This document shows positions 27,019 to 36,325 of a DNA stretch of 64,000 bases, one piece after another (position 1 is the stretch's first letter; every line of letters starts with the position of its first letter). The notes under the pieces were generated by a model. That model ran no database searches. It was given only the letters and a program-made list of their open reading frames with translations, and was not told the origin of the DNA. The translations under genes and the position numbers were made by a program. The stretch lies in the NCBI GenBank assembly GCA_965205975.1, contig OZ242195.1:32001-96000 (forward strand), written 5' to 3'. The stretch comes from Candidatus Latescibacterota bacterium (GTDB lineage: Bacteria; Latescibacterota; UBA2968).

Positions 27019-30000
27019 CTACATCAGTTGTTGAATAATCATCCGTTGTTGAACGTCTGTACCATCACTTTCGACGATCTCAGCAGAAATTTCATAAATT
27101 GCATCATCGTGCATTGGATTATAGGCCAATATCTTGCGATCATCCTCGCGAACCAGTCGCTGCACAAAGATAGATAATTGTGCAAATGTATCATCCGTCG
27201 AGACATCGCCCAACTGGTAACCGTCGTTCAGTTCCAGCAACAGGTGAAATAGATCGGCACCAAGACGCAGACGCTCTTTCCGTCCATCCCGATAGCGGTA
27301 GATCAAAAAGGCTTGGCGATGCAGGTGATCAAGTCCCGCGGCTTCAGCGGGCAGGTTGGCTTCGAGCCGAAAAGCGGTGATAGGCTTTTCTACCCAGAAT
27401 GCCGTTTCAGTAGGGGTGCGGGGAGTAATACGCAGTGGGACGATCCCGGAACGCTTAAATGCTTGAGGTGGCAGGTTTTCCAAGCGTGCAATCCCTCCGC
27501 ATAGTTTTTGGCAAAGATCGTCTAGATTGTCCTTGTCAATTGGAAGGCTCTGGAACTTTGGATAATGCCGAGCTTGGGCTAAGCTCAGGGCATTAGGATC
27601 ACCGGTAAGTTCGACGACCTCGTCTTGGATCCATTCAAAATAAGCTCGCCGTCGCGCTGATTCCAATTCCATCTCTGCATAATGGGTAACACCGATATTA
27701 GTATCGGTAGATGGTGTACGCAGCAGTTTCCGATCAATCTGTGGATGGGCTTCGAGAGCCGGGTCAAAACGTATCAGTTCTCGTAAAACTTCGCCCTGTC
27801 GTCCCGGTGACTCTGTCGAAAAGGCGCGATCCCAATAGGGCAATAGAGTGTCCTTACCCTTGTGATAGTCGTGGCAGAAGTGAACCCCAAATAGGATATA
27901 TACCAGTGCGGCCCTTAGTTCACGGATAGTGATGTGGGTTTCGCCGCGGAAATGAACAGCTTGCAACATCTCGAACAGTCGTTGCCGGGCGCGGGTACGG
28001 CGTTCCTTTAAATCCAAACTAGGTAATCCGTCAGGCCCAAATAACCGCATAGCGCGGCGGACCTCACACCGATCCTGAGCCGAACACGTTTCGCAGGGTG
28101 CCCAAATTTCGGATGCCTTCTCGCCACCGTAAAGGATATTTAGCAACTCATTAAGAAAGCCGGTTTCAATGTCTGTTGCATCAGCGGTTATACCTCCCAC
28201 GAGAGAACGCTGGTTGAGATTGATGAATCGAATGTGCGATTCGGAGACAGACCTCTCGCTGTTGAGCAGGCTGTCAAGCACCTGCGTTAAGGGCGTTTCT
28301 CCACCATGATGGTATTCTACATCTTCCATCCATTCCAGGAGGCGGCCGTCATTGATCGCGAGAAGATGTACAATATCCTCATCGGGTGGGCCTTCTTGAA
28401 ATGGTTCCAGAAATTCATCCAGTAACTCATCCGCTGATCGTCCTTGCCAAGATGCCGAACCATCAAGATTCATGCGCACCGTCAGGCCGTCATCCATTTG
28501 CTTTTCGAGAATGCGCTCTGAGGAAGTGTGGTTGCCAAACCCGAGACGACTGGCCAGGTGCTGAAGCAACGCGGTCTTGCCGTCCCCAGCATTACCGCAC
28601 AGGACGACGAGGCGAACCTGCCGTTTCTGTATCTGATCGAACAGCGATTGCTCTAAGTTTGTTTCAACATAGGTTTGCGAGGCAAAATCTGTGTCGAGGC
28701 CGCGTGTTTCGCTATTACCCCAGCGGGAACCGGGATAGGATTGCAGTAGAGATTGGAGCCAAGGTATTTCGTTCTCACTGCGAGCGCGAGGTTCCGATAG
28801 TGGCTTTGAGATGTCGCTGCCTCCCTTACCAACGGATTCTTCTCCGTCTTCGGCGTCAATGGAGCCGGGTGAGAGCAAAACGGCCTTCGCTTCGGTAGCT
28901 GATGCAAATCGTTGCTCGGGGTCGGGATTTGTAGCTTGATCTATAAATGCGGCGACGGTTGGGTACTCGTCGAGCTCGACGTTATCCCAATTCAATCCGC
29001 GGTCCTTGGCTTGGTTGCCATTGTACATAAACGGCTTCTTTTCAAAAAGCACATGGAAGAAACTCGCTGCCAATGCAAAGAAATCATCCGAGGGCGTAGC
29101 TGGGCGGTCTTCAAGGTGCGTATGCGCGCTATACATGATGGTCCCGGCAGCGGCTGGCGTCCCTGCCTTGATAACGCAGTCGTAGTCGGTCAAAACGATC
29201 TCGCTATCGGCAACAATCATGTTGCGCGGGCTGACATCGCCATGTACCAAACCGTTACGGTGCAGGACATCCAACGCATCGCAAATCGTCCGTAGCCAAC
29301 GCAAGGATAGGGCCTCTCCCGACTCTTCATGGAAGTCTTCGGCAAGAATGGGGATTAGTCCGGAAAGTTCGCTTAAGGGCTCGCCTTCTATCCAGGCCAT
29401 CAATGCAACGATTTTGTTGTCGCGCCACTCATCCGCTGTCTCGAAGATCGTTGAAAGTGCTGTCGAATGATGGAGGTGTGAGTGCGCCAAATTGTATGAC
29501 TGAAGGACTCGCTTGCCCGTTTTCTCATTCCGGACAACTTTGGCAACGTAGGCACCGAGGTCTCCGCCAGTCGAGTCATCAATCTTTACCACCTTGAATG
29601 TGGTGCCGACTCCACCTGAACCCAGACGCGAAACGATGCGGTAATCTCGACCGCGAAAGTTCACAATTTGATCTTCAGTCCAGAATCGGGCTGGTGGCGC
29701 GGCGACTGTAGGCAGTTCACCCAATAGGATAGATATCGAGTCGCGGAGATCCTGCAAGGTGCTACGCTCCGCTGGATCATCTACCATCCCCTTAACCAGC
29801 ATCTCTTTGGCATTCTGACTTTTATCATCACTTCGTTCTGAGAATAGCACGGATAGACTGGCACACAATGAGTACACATCGGAGCGACGATCCGCTGCAC
29901 CGAGTCCTTGGGCACGCACCTCGGGAGCAATCGCATTGTCTCCTTCGTCTTCTGCACTGCTGGAAATCGCCACAGTAATATCGTCGGGAATTCGAGCGTG

Positions 30001-31026
30001 TTGGAAACCGGTCAGGATCGGTGTGTTATCATGTTTGACGAGAATCGTGTCAGGCGTGAGGTTTCGATGAAGCATGGGTTCTTCACCTTCGTCCGTTTCA
30101 TGCAGTTCCATCAATGCGTCAACTGTATGCCGAGCGAAGGCTATGCGTGTCTTCGTATCCCATGTGTCATCTTCTGTGCGTTGCTTAATACTGGGAGCCG
30201 CCGGATCTGCAACTGTGAAGAACCACATCTCGCCCGCATACCCCGGTGCTTCTTGGAACGAGTCGTCAATACGCGGTGCCCAGGAGTGGAGTTGCAGTCG
30301 GTGCAGTGCGTCAAATTCCCGCCGCGCCCTCGACTCTGGATTTCGTTGGTCGGTTGCCGACACATCGTAGAGATGCAGGAGCACGCGATTACGCCGTTTG
30401 GAATGCGTGCCTTTGTAGATTCGGTGAAATCGTTCATCTGAAGGCGTCTGAAGTACCAGATTGACATAGCCCGCCATGGGTCTCAGATCGCCATCGGCCA
30501 ACACACTGGTCTTTGGATACAGAGCCTTTCCCAGTATCTTGACTTGCGGCGGCGATAATGATGTAGGCTCATCCAGTGCCACAGCACCTTGCCAGGTTTT
30601 TAATGTGTGGAACGAAACGCCGCGGACTTTCTGGCCCTCAAGAGGTTTGACCTTTAAGGCGTCCTGTGTAACCAGGAACACCCCATCCACCCGGTCGAGA
30701 TTGGCGACCTTTCGACGTAATGTGGTACCGACCTTGCGCGCTTTAGCCATTACGCGTTCGGCCTCATGTTCTACGCGTTCAGCATTTTGCTTCACCCAAG
30801 TTGAGGTCCAGTGTTTGACCTCAATGACCCGGATTCCAGGCGGGCCAATAGCTACAATGTCGATTTCATCTGATTGACGTTGATGGGTAGTGGAAAACGC
30901 GAGGTTTGTCAACAGCAGCCATTCTCCATCGCCTAATTCAGAAATCAGACCCGACTTAAGTCGCTCAATGGCCTTCTGTTCGCTATCATTGGCGACAGGC
31001 CCACAGTTAATAAGAGTTACTTTCAT
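27019..31026 (-). CDS. Mad6-like protein: NERD + pseudokinase + Ser/Thr kinase + DndF-like P-loop ATPase
   Basis: NERD (SEQ...EIDIVAIG...VIEVKHW); HRNLTP (degenerate); GSGGVG, VAK, HGDVSPRN; CGNAGDGKT (28573-28596), AINDGRL, CxxC..C; start MKVTL at 31026. Confidence 0.82.
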   Translation of the reverse strand: MKVTLINCGPVANDSEQKAIERLKSGLISELGDGEWLLLTNLAFSTTHQRQSDEIDIVAIGPPGIRVIEVKHWTSTWVKQNAERVEHEAERVMAKARKVGTTLRRKVANLDRVDGVFLVTQDALKVKPLEGQKVRGVSFHTLKTWQGAVALDEPTSLSPPQVKILGKALYPKTSVLADGDLRPMAGYVNLVLQTPSDERFHRIYKGTHSKRRNRVLLHLYDVSATDQRNPESRARREFDALHRLQLHSWAPRIDDSFQEAPGYAGEMWFFTVADPAAPSIKQRTEDDTWDTKTRIAFARHTVDALMELHETDEGEEPMLHRNLTPDTILVKHDNTPILTGFQHARIPDDITVAISSSAEDEGDNAIAPEVRAQGLGAADRRSDVYSLCASLSVLFSERSDDKSQNAKEMLVKGMVDDPAERSTLQDLRDSISILLGELPTVAAPPARFWTEDQIVNFRGRDYRIVSRLGSGGVGTTFKVVKIDDSTGGDLGAYVAKVVRNEKTGKRVLQSYNLAHSHLHHSTALSTIFETADEWRDNKIVALMAWIEGEPLSELSGLIPILAEDFHEESGEALSLRWLRTICDALDVLHRNGLVHGDVSPRNMIVADSEIVLTDYDCVIKAGTPAAAGTIMYSAHTHLEDRPATPSDDFFALAASFFHVLFEKKPFMYNGNQAKDRGLNWDNVELDEYPTVAAFIDQATNPDPEQRFASATEAKAVLLSPGSIDAEDGEESVGKGGSDISKPLSEPRARSENEIPWLQSLLQSYPGSRWGNSETRGLDTDFASQTYVETNLEQSLFDQIQKRQVRLVVLCGNAGDGKTALLQHLASRLGFGNHTSSERILEKQMDDGLTVRMNLDGSASWQGRSADELLDEFLEPFQEGPPDEDIVHLLAINDGRLLEWMEDVEYHHGGETPLTQVLDSLLNSERSVSESHIRFINLNQRSLVGGITADATDIETGFLNELLNILYGGEKASEIWAPCETCSAQDRCEVRRAMRLFGPDGLPSLDLKERRTRARQRLFEMLQAVHFRGETHITIRELRAALVYILFGVHFCHDYHKGKDTLLPYWDRAFSTESPGRQGEVLRELIRFDPALEAHPQIDRKLLRTPSTDTNIGVTHYAEMELESARRRAYFEWIQDEVVELTGDPNALSLAQARHYPKFQSLPIDKDNLDDLCQKLCGGIARLENLPPQAFKRSGIVPLRITPRTPTETAFWVEKPITAFRLEANLPAEAAGLDHLHRQAFLIYRYRDGRKERLRLGADLFHLLLELNDGYQLGDVSTDDTFAQLSIFVQRLVREDDRKILAYNPMHDDAIYEISAEIVESDGTDVQQRMIIQQLM

Positions 31027-31270
31027 AAATACCTTCTTCCCGTTCGTCATCACGAGCATTTAGAATACTCGAAGGCCGAACGCGGGTTCCCGTCGCTTCC
31101 TTGCGCTCGCGGACTCTGTGCAGCCACTCTTCAACCGAGGGCCGCGATGCGATTCGTTCCAACTCTTCGCGGAGAAATGCCTGCATGGACTGGCGTTGGC
31201 GGGCGGCACGGACAGCAAGCGCGTCGTGTACATCTTCCGGGACGTTCTCTATGGTGATTTGTACTGGCAT
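31007..31270 (-). CDS. FitA/VapB-like ribbon-helix-helix antitoxin, orphan
   Basis: QITIENVPEDVHDALAVRAA...SMQAFLREEL; no PIN gene follows. Confidence 0.8.
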   Translation of the reverse strand: MPVQITIENVPEDVHDALAVRAARQRQSMQAFLREELERIASRPSVEEWLHRVRERKEATGTRVRPSSILNARDDEREEGIYESNSY

Positions 31271-31297
31271 GATGGTTTAGTCCTCATGATAATGTGG

Positions 31298-32422
31298 TTA
31301 TTTCGTCTTGTCCATCAACCTGGCAAATTCGTCGAAGAGATAATCGGCATCGTGCGGACCGGCAGAGGCTTCGGGGTGGTATTGGACGGAGAAGGCGGGC
31401 AGTTCGCGGTGGCGCAGGCCCTCGAGGGTGTTGTCGTTGAGATTGATGTGGGTGAGTGCTACGACTTCTCGGTCGAGGGTGTTGAGATCGACGCAGAAAC
31501 CGTGGTTTTGTGCGGTGATTTCGACTTTGCCCGTGCTGGCGTGTTGCACGGGCTGATTGGCACCCCGGTGACCAAATTTGAGTTTGTACGTTTTTCCACC
31601 CAGTGCCAGGCCGAGAAGCTGATGGCCCAGGCATATTCCAAAGGTAGGGCGTTCGCGGATCAATTTGCGGATGTTTTTGACCGCATAAGTCACGGGTTCT
31701 GGATCGCCCGGGCCGTTGGATAAAAATATGCCGTCGGGATCGATTTCGAGGAGTTGCTCTGCGGGTGTGTCGGCGGGGAAAACAGTTACATCGCAGCCGC
31801 GGTCAACGAGGTAGCGCAAGATGTTGTGTTTGATACCAAAGTCGTAAGCCGCCACGCGGTATTTGGCTTTTTGCTTAAGATGTCTGGTCTGGCCGGTTTT
31901 GAGATCGCAAAGGCCCTCGGCCCAGTGGTAGGGTTCTGAGCAGGTGACGTTTTGCACGAGGTCGCGGCCGATCAGGCCGGGGAAGGCGCGCGCTTTTTGA
32001 ACGAGGCTGTCGGTGTCGAGATCGGTGGTTGACAGTACGCCTTTCATTGCGCCTTGACGGCGGATGTGTCGTACGAGGGCGCGGGTGTCAATGCCTTCAA
32101 TGCCAGGTATGTTGTGTTCTTTTAGAAAGTCGCCGAGGGCAATGGTCGATCGCCAGTTGCTGGGGTATGGACAGTATTCTTTGACCACAAAGCCTGAGAC
32201 CTGGGGTTTGTGCGATTCAAAGTCGGATGGATTGATGCCGTAGTTGCCAATGAGTGGATAGGTCATGGTTACGATCTGGCTGTTATAAGACGGGTCTGTG
32301 AGGATTTCCTGATATCCCGTCATGCTGGTGTTGAAGACGACTTCCCCTTCGCATTCGACTTCTGCGCCAAAGGATTTGCCTTTGAAAATTGTGCCGTCTT
32401 CCAATGCGAGAATCGCTTCCAT
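31298..32422 (-). CDS. carA: Carbamoyl-phosphate synthase small subunit
   Basis: [34 protein letters not shown]. Confidence 0.98.
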   Translation of the reverse strand: MEAILALEDGTIFKGKSFGAEVECEGEVVFNTSMTGYQEILTDPSYNSQIVTMTYPLIGNYGINPSDFESHKPQVSGFVVKEYCPYPSNWRSTIALGDFLKEHNIPGIEGIDTRALVRHIRRQGAMKGVLSTTDLDTDSLVQKARAFPGLIGRDLVQNVTCSEPYHWAEGLCDLKTGQTRHLKQKAKYRVAAYDFGIKHNILRYLVDRGCDVTVFPADTPAEQLLEIDPDGIFLSNGPGDPEPVTYAVKNIRKLIRERPTFGICLGHQLLGLALGGKTYKLKFGHRGANQPVQHASTGKVEITAQNHGFCVDLNTLDREVVALTHINLNDNTLEGLRHRELPAFSVQYHPEASAGPHDADYLFDEFARLMDKTK

Positions 32423-32435
32423 GAATGTCTTTCCT

Positions 32436-33707
32436 TTATTGTTTGTACGTCACTCGACCACCCAGTATTGTCATTGTAGCCCGGCCTTTTAATGACCATC
32501 CGTGAAAGGGCGTGTTGCGCGATTTGGATTTGAACTGATTGGCATCTACAATCCATTTGAGATCGGGATTGATGACTGTGATGTCGGCGGGTTTGCCGAG
32601 GGAGAGACTGCCGCCTTCGATGCCGAGGATGCGCGCGGGTTCTATGGTGAGTTTGGCAATTGTATCTGAGAGGGGGAGCAGGTTGGTGTGGACGAGTTTG
32701 GTGAAGATGACACCGACAGCGGTTTCGAGGCCGAGTATGCCATTGGGTGCGTTGATAAATGCATCCAATTTTTCTTTTATTGTATGTGGCGCGTGGTCTG
32801 TGGCGAGTGCGTCAATGGTGCCGTCCTGTAAGCCAGCGATTATGGCTTCTCGGTCTTCGCTGGAACGCAGTGGCGGACTCATTTTGCCCGCCGTGCCGAG
32901 TACGCGCACGTCTTCATCGGTCAATGCAATGTGATGGGGCGAGGCTTCGCAGGTGACGGGCAGGCCCTCTGCTTTGGCTTTTCGCACGAGTTCGGCAGCG
33001 CGTTTGACGCTGAGATGCAGGATGTGGAGACGCCCTCGAGTTTGGCGCACGAGTTCGATGTCGCGCGCGTTCATGGCGGCTTCGCCTTCGGCGGGCATGC
33101 CTTTCAGGCCGAGTTCTCGGGAGACCACGCCTTCGTGCATGTGTCCGCCGCGCGTGAGTTCAAAGACTTCGGAGTGGGGATAAACCGCAAAATCGTTGGC
33201 GGCGGCGCGCTCCAAAAGTTGGCGCATCAAGGCTTCGGATTCTATGGGGAGGCCGTCGTCGGAAAATCCAACAGCACCTGCTTTGAGCAGGGCATCGGTA
33301 TCGGTGAGTTTTTCGCCCTGCATTTTTTCGGTTGCACAGGCAATGGGATATACGCGGGCATCTGCCGATTTTGCCTGTTGGGCGATGTATTGGACAATTT
33401 CTGGGCTGTCCATCGGCGGTTCTGTATTGGGCAAACAGGCTACAGATGTGAAGCCTCCGGCGGCAGCGGCTTCACATCCGGTTTTGATGGTTTCTTTTTC
33501 TGGAAAACCCGGATCGCGCAGGTGGACGTGCATATCAATGAGACCGGGTACGACGATTTGGCCTGAGATATCAATGGCTTTGGCACTTGCGGCGATATGC
33601 GGTTCAATACGCGCGATGCGACCGCGCTGGATGAGCAGGTCGGCTATCTCATCACGATTGTTGGCCGGGTCGAGGATGCGACCGTTTTTGAGCAGGAGAT
33701 CGGACAT
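32436..33707 (-). CDS. pyrC: Dihydroorotase (long, multifunctional-complex type)
   Basis: [34 protein letters not shown]. Confidence 0.95.
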   Translation of the reverse strand: MSDLLLKNGRILDPANNRDEIADLLIQRGRIARIEPHIAASAKAIDISGQIVVPGLIDMHVHLRDPGFPEKETIKTGCEAAAAGGFTSVACLPNTEPPMDSPEIVQYIAQQAKSADARVYPIACATEKMQGEKLTDTDALLKAGAVGFSDDGLPIESEALMRQLLERAAANDFAVYPHSEVFELTRGGHMHEGVVSRELGLKGMPAEGEAAMNARDIELVRQTRGRLHILHLSVKRAAELVRKAKAEGLPVTCEASPHHIALTDEDVRVLGTAGKMSPPLRSSEDREAIIAGLQDGTIDALATDHAPHTIKEKLDAFINAPNGILGLETAVGVIFTKLVHTNLLPLSDTIAKLTIEPARILGIEGGSLSLGKPADITVINPDLKWIVDANQFKSKSRNTPFHGWSLKGRATMTILGGRVTYKQ

Positions 33708-33731
33708 TAGAAAGGGTGTAAATATCCTCTC

Positions 33732-35033
33732 TCAATCTGCGAAAACGGATTCGGGTACGCGGTCGCGATAGGCTTCGATGGGCGGTAGATTGCCATCGGC
33801 TTCGGTTTCGAGAGGACGCAGGCCGGTGAGGATTTCGAGGTCGTCGCGGATGTCGGCCTGTGCCAGATAGGCTTCAGAGGCTTCGACTTCACCCAGGTCG
33901 AGCGTGTTGGGGATCCAGAGTACGCGGGCGTCTTCTGGCGCGATGAGTCCAATGGATTCGAGGGCGATGTCGAGAACTTCAGCGTCTGTGTCGCAGTGTA
34001 GCGGAACAGCACCTGCTGAAACGTGTTGTCCGGTGATGACGTTGGTATAGGTGGCGTGATAGTTGATTTTATCGACGAGACGCCGGGTGGTAAATTCAGC
34101 CATGCCGATGCCGGTAGCGTTGCCGTGTGTGGCTTCGGTGAGGTCGCGCACAAAGATGCGCAAGACGCGCGGGGTTTCGTCACCCATTGCGCGGCGGTCA
34201 TTGCGTTTGCGCCCGATGACGTTGGTGTCCATGCCCGAGCCGGAGATATTTTTGCCCATTTCGTCGATGATGAGCAGATCGACATCATCGAAGGGAAGAG
34301 AGGGGCACCATTCTTTGGATTTGGCTTGAAGTACTTTTTCGCGTTCTTCAAAGTCTGCCGCGGGAATGGCTTCGATGAGCGCGGTTTCGTCATAGCCATT
34401 TTCAAGGGTTGCTACGCCAAAGGTGATGGGCATTTCCTCGCGCACGACTTTGCCGACCAAGCGTACGATTTTATCAAAGGAATGGTGGATGATCGCGCGG
34501 TGATACACCGAGGCGCCTTTGTGTTTGCCCAGGCCAATGAGCATCATTTTCATCAGCCCGCTTTCAATTTCACCGGCAAATCCCGTATGCGGTTTGACGC
34601 GGTTGACCACAATGACGTGATCGGCTTCGGATGCGTGTTTGTCAAAGTAGATGGGCATGCCAAAATCCGATACGCCGATCTGGACGACATCCATCGACGA
34701 TTTGATTGGGCAACCCATTGTGCCTTCGGTGATGCCATATCCGGCCAGGACCTGGATTTGTCCCTCGGCTGTGCCCCCGCCGTGCGATCCCATTGCGGGT
34801 ACGATGTAGGGAACGGCACCAATGGCTTTCATTTCTTCGACGATGGTTTTGATGATGATGTCGATGTTGGCGACGCCACGGCTGCCCGCGGTTATGGCGA
34901 CGGTTTGACCGGGTTTGATGACAGAACTGGGATTGATCCTGGCGATTTCATCGCGCACAGTACCGGCGATGTCATCGACGCGAGGGGCGTCGAAGTGCTG
35001 GCGAATGCGGAACATTTGTGGGTAAGTCGGCAT
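33732..35033 (-). CDS. LarA-superfamily (DUF2088/DUF362-like) racemase/epimerase candidate
   Basis: AITAGSRG, VPAMGSHGG, NRVKPHT, GLGKHKGA, GKNISGSGMDTNVIGR. Confidence 0.7.
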   Translation of the reverse strand: MPTYPQMFRIRQHFDAPRVDDIAGTVRDEIARINPSSVIKPGQTVAITAGSRGVANIDIIIKTIVEEMKAIGAVPYIVPAMGSHGGGTAEGQIQVLAGYGITEGTMGCPIKSSMDVVQIGVSDFGMPIYFDKHASEADHVIVVNRVKPHTGFAGEIESGLMKMMLIGLGKHKGASVYHRAIIHHSFDKIVRLVGKVVREEMPITFGVATLENGYDETALIEAIPAADFEEREKVLQAKSKEWCPSLPFDDVDLLIIDEMGKNISGSGMDTNVIGRKRNDRRAMGDETPRVLRIFVRDLTEATHGNATGIGMAEFTTRRLVDKINYHATYTNVITGQHVSAGAVPLHCDTDAEVLDIALESIGLIAPEDARVLWIPNTLDLGEVEASEAYLAQADIRDDLEILTGLRPLETEADGNLPPIEAYRDRVPESVFAD

Positions 35034-35060
35034 GGTGTATCCTCCTGTTGTGATTTGCTA

Positions 35061-36221
35061 TCACATGGATTCTTCGTAAAGGGCGATTACGTCTTTTATC
35101 GTTGTTTTGCGCGGGTTGACCTGGATATTGCCGCTTTTCATCGCGTCTTCGGCCATGACATGGATGCCTTCGGCTTTTGCACCGGCTTCGCCCAATGTGG
35201 CGGGAATGCCTACGTCTTCGGATAGATTTTGTACGGCTTCAACGGCGAGAACAGATGCGTCAACAGTGCTCAGTCCATCTACATCTTCACCCATGGCGGC
35301 GGCGATGTCGGCGAATTTCTCCGGGCAGGCATAGCGATTGTAGGTCATGATGCGGGTGAGCAAGATCGAGTTGGCAATCCCGTGTGGCACGCCGTAGTGA
35401 CCGCCGACTGGATGTGACATGGCATGTACGTTTCCCAGGCGCGTTTGTGAGAATGCGAACCCGGCCATGGTGCTGCCGATGATCATGTTTTGCGTGGCCT
35501 CGTGATTGTGGTCGCTGTACGCGGCTTGTCGCAAATTTTGAGAGATGAGGCGGATGGCGTGCAGGGCCATGCCTTCAGAGATGGGGTTGGACATTAGAGA
35601 CACATAGGATTCAATGGCGTGTGTCAATGCATCCATTCCGGTCGCTGCAGCAATGGGCAGTGGCAATGCGACGGCCATATCGGCATCGAGAATGCCCACA
35701 TCGGGAATGACATAGGGACCTGCGACGGTGCCTTTGAAATGGTTGTCGTCGGTAATGACGGCAAAGGGCGTGACTTCACTGGCTGTGCCATAGGTGGTGG
35801 GGACGCACAGGAGAAAGGGGATGGGACCGGGAACGGGTTTTTCGCCGATAAAATAATCGGTGATTTTTCCCCCGTGATTGACGAGTACGCCCGAGGTTTT
35901 TGCCACGTCCATTGAGGATCCCCCGCCAATGGCGAGCAGGAAGTCGCAATTTTCCGACTGGTATTGTGCGGCACATTCCTCGACATTGCGAATGGGGGGG
36001 TTGGGTTCAACGCCGTCGTAAATGGTGTAGGAGAGGTGCGCTTTGTCGAGTATTTCTGTAACGCGCGCGACAACGCCAGCCTGGACGAGGCCCCTGTCGG
36101 TGACGATTTGTGCCTTTTTTATCTGCTGTTCGTTCAAAATTTGGGGGATGTTGCCAATAGTCCCTCGCCCCATGATGAGGCGCGTGGGACCGTAATAACT
36201 AAAGTGATCTTGAAACGCCAC
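35061..36221 (-). CDS. Iron-containing alcohol dehydrogenase
   Basis: GGGSSMD, VPTT.GT.SE, GMDALTHAIE, HAMSH, HG. Confidence 0.93.
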   Translation of the reverse strand: MAFQDHFSYYGPTRLIMGRGTIGNIPQILNEQQIKKAQIVTDRGLVQAGVVARVTEILDKAHLSYTIYDGVEPNPPIRNVEECAAQYQSENCDFLLAIGGGSSMDVAKTSGVLVNHGGKITDYFIGEKPVPGPIPFLLCVPTTYGTASEVTPFAVITDDNHFKGTVAGPYVIPDVGILDADMAVALPLPIAAATGMDALTHAIESYVSLMSNPISEGMALHAIRLISQNLRQAAYSDHNHEATQNMIIGSTMAGFAFSQTRLGNVHAMSHPVGGHYGVPHGIANSILLTRIMTYNRYACPEKFADIAAAMGEDVDGLSTVDASVLAVEAVQNLSEDVGIPATLGEAGAKAEGIHVMAEDAMKSGNIQVNPRKTTIKDVIALYEESM

Positions 36222-36325
36222 GAGCAAACTCCTGTGTGATTTTTATTCTTCCGATAGTAGCTAAAAAAAGAAAATGGTTTTTGATGGTGTTGTCAATGAC
36301 ATAAAAACACACCCGTGGCGTTGGT

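Noticed and set aside
20252..31026. Calling the module BREX type 2 (Pgl) or a complete MADS/Dnd system
   Set aside because: No pglX/pglY/pglZ, no methyltransferase or specificity subunit and no dndBCDE genes are adjacent; only the restriction-like arm is present.
19600..31300. Prophage, ICE or transposon carrying the defence genes
   Set aside because: No integrase, transposase, tRNA target or terminal repeats were found. The HerA/VirB4-like ATPase motif is explained by the DndH-like protein.
34023..35225. 400-aa plus-strand ORF
   Set aside because: Antisense shadow of the LarA-like and alcohol dehydrogenase genes.
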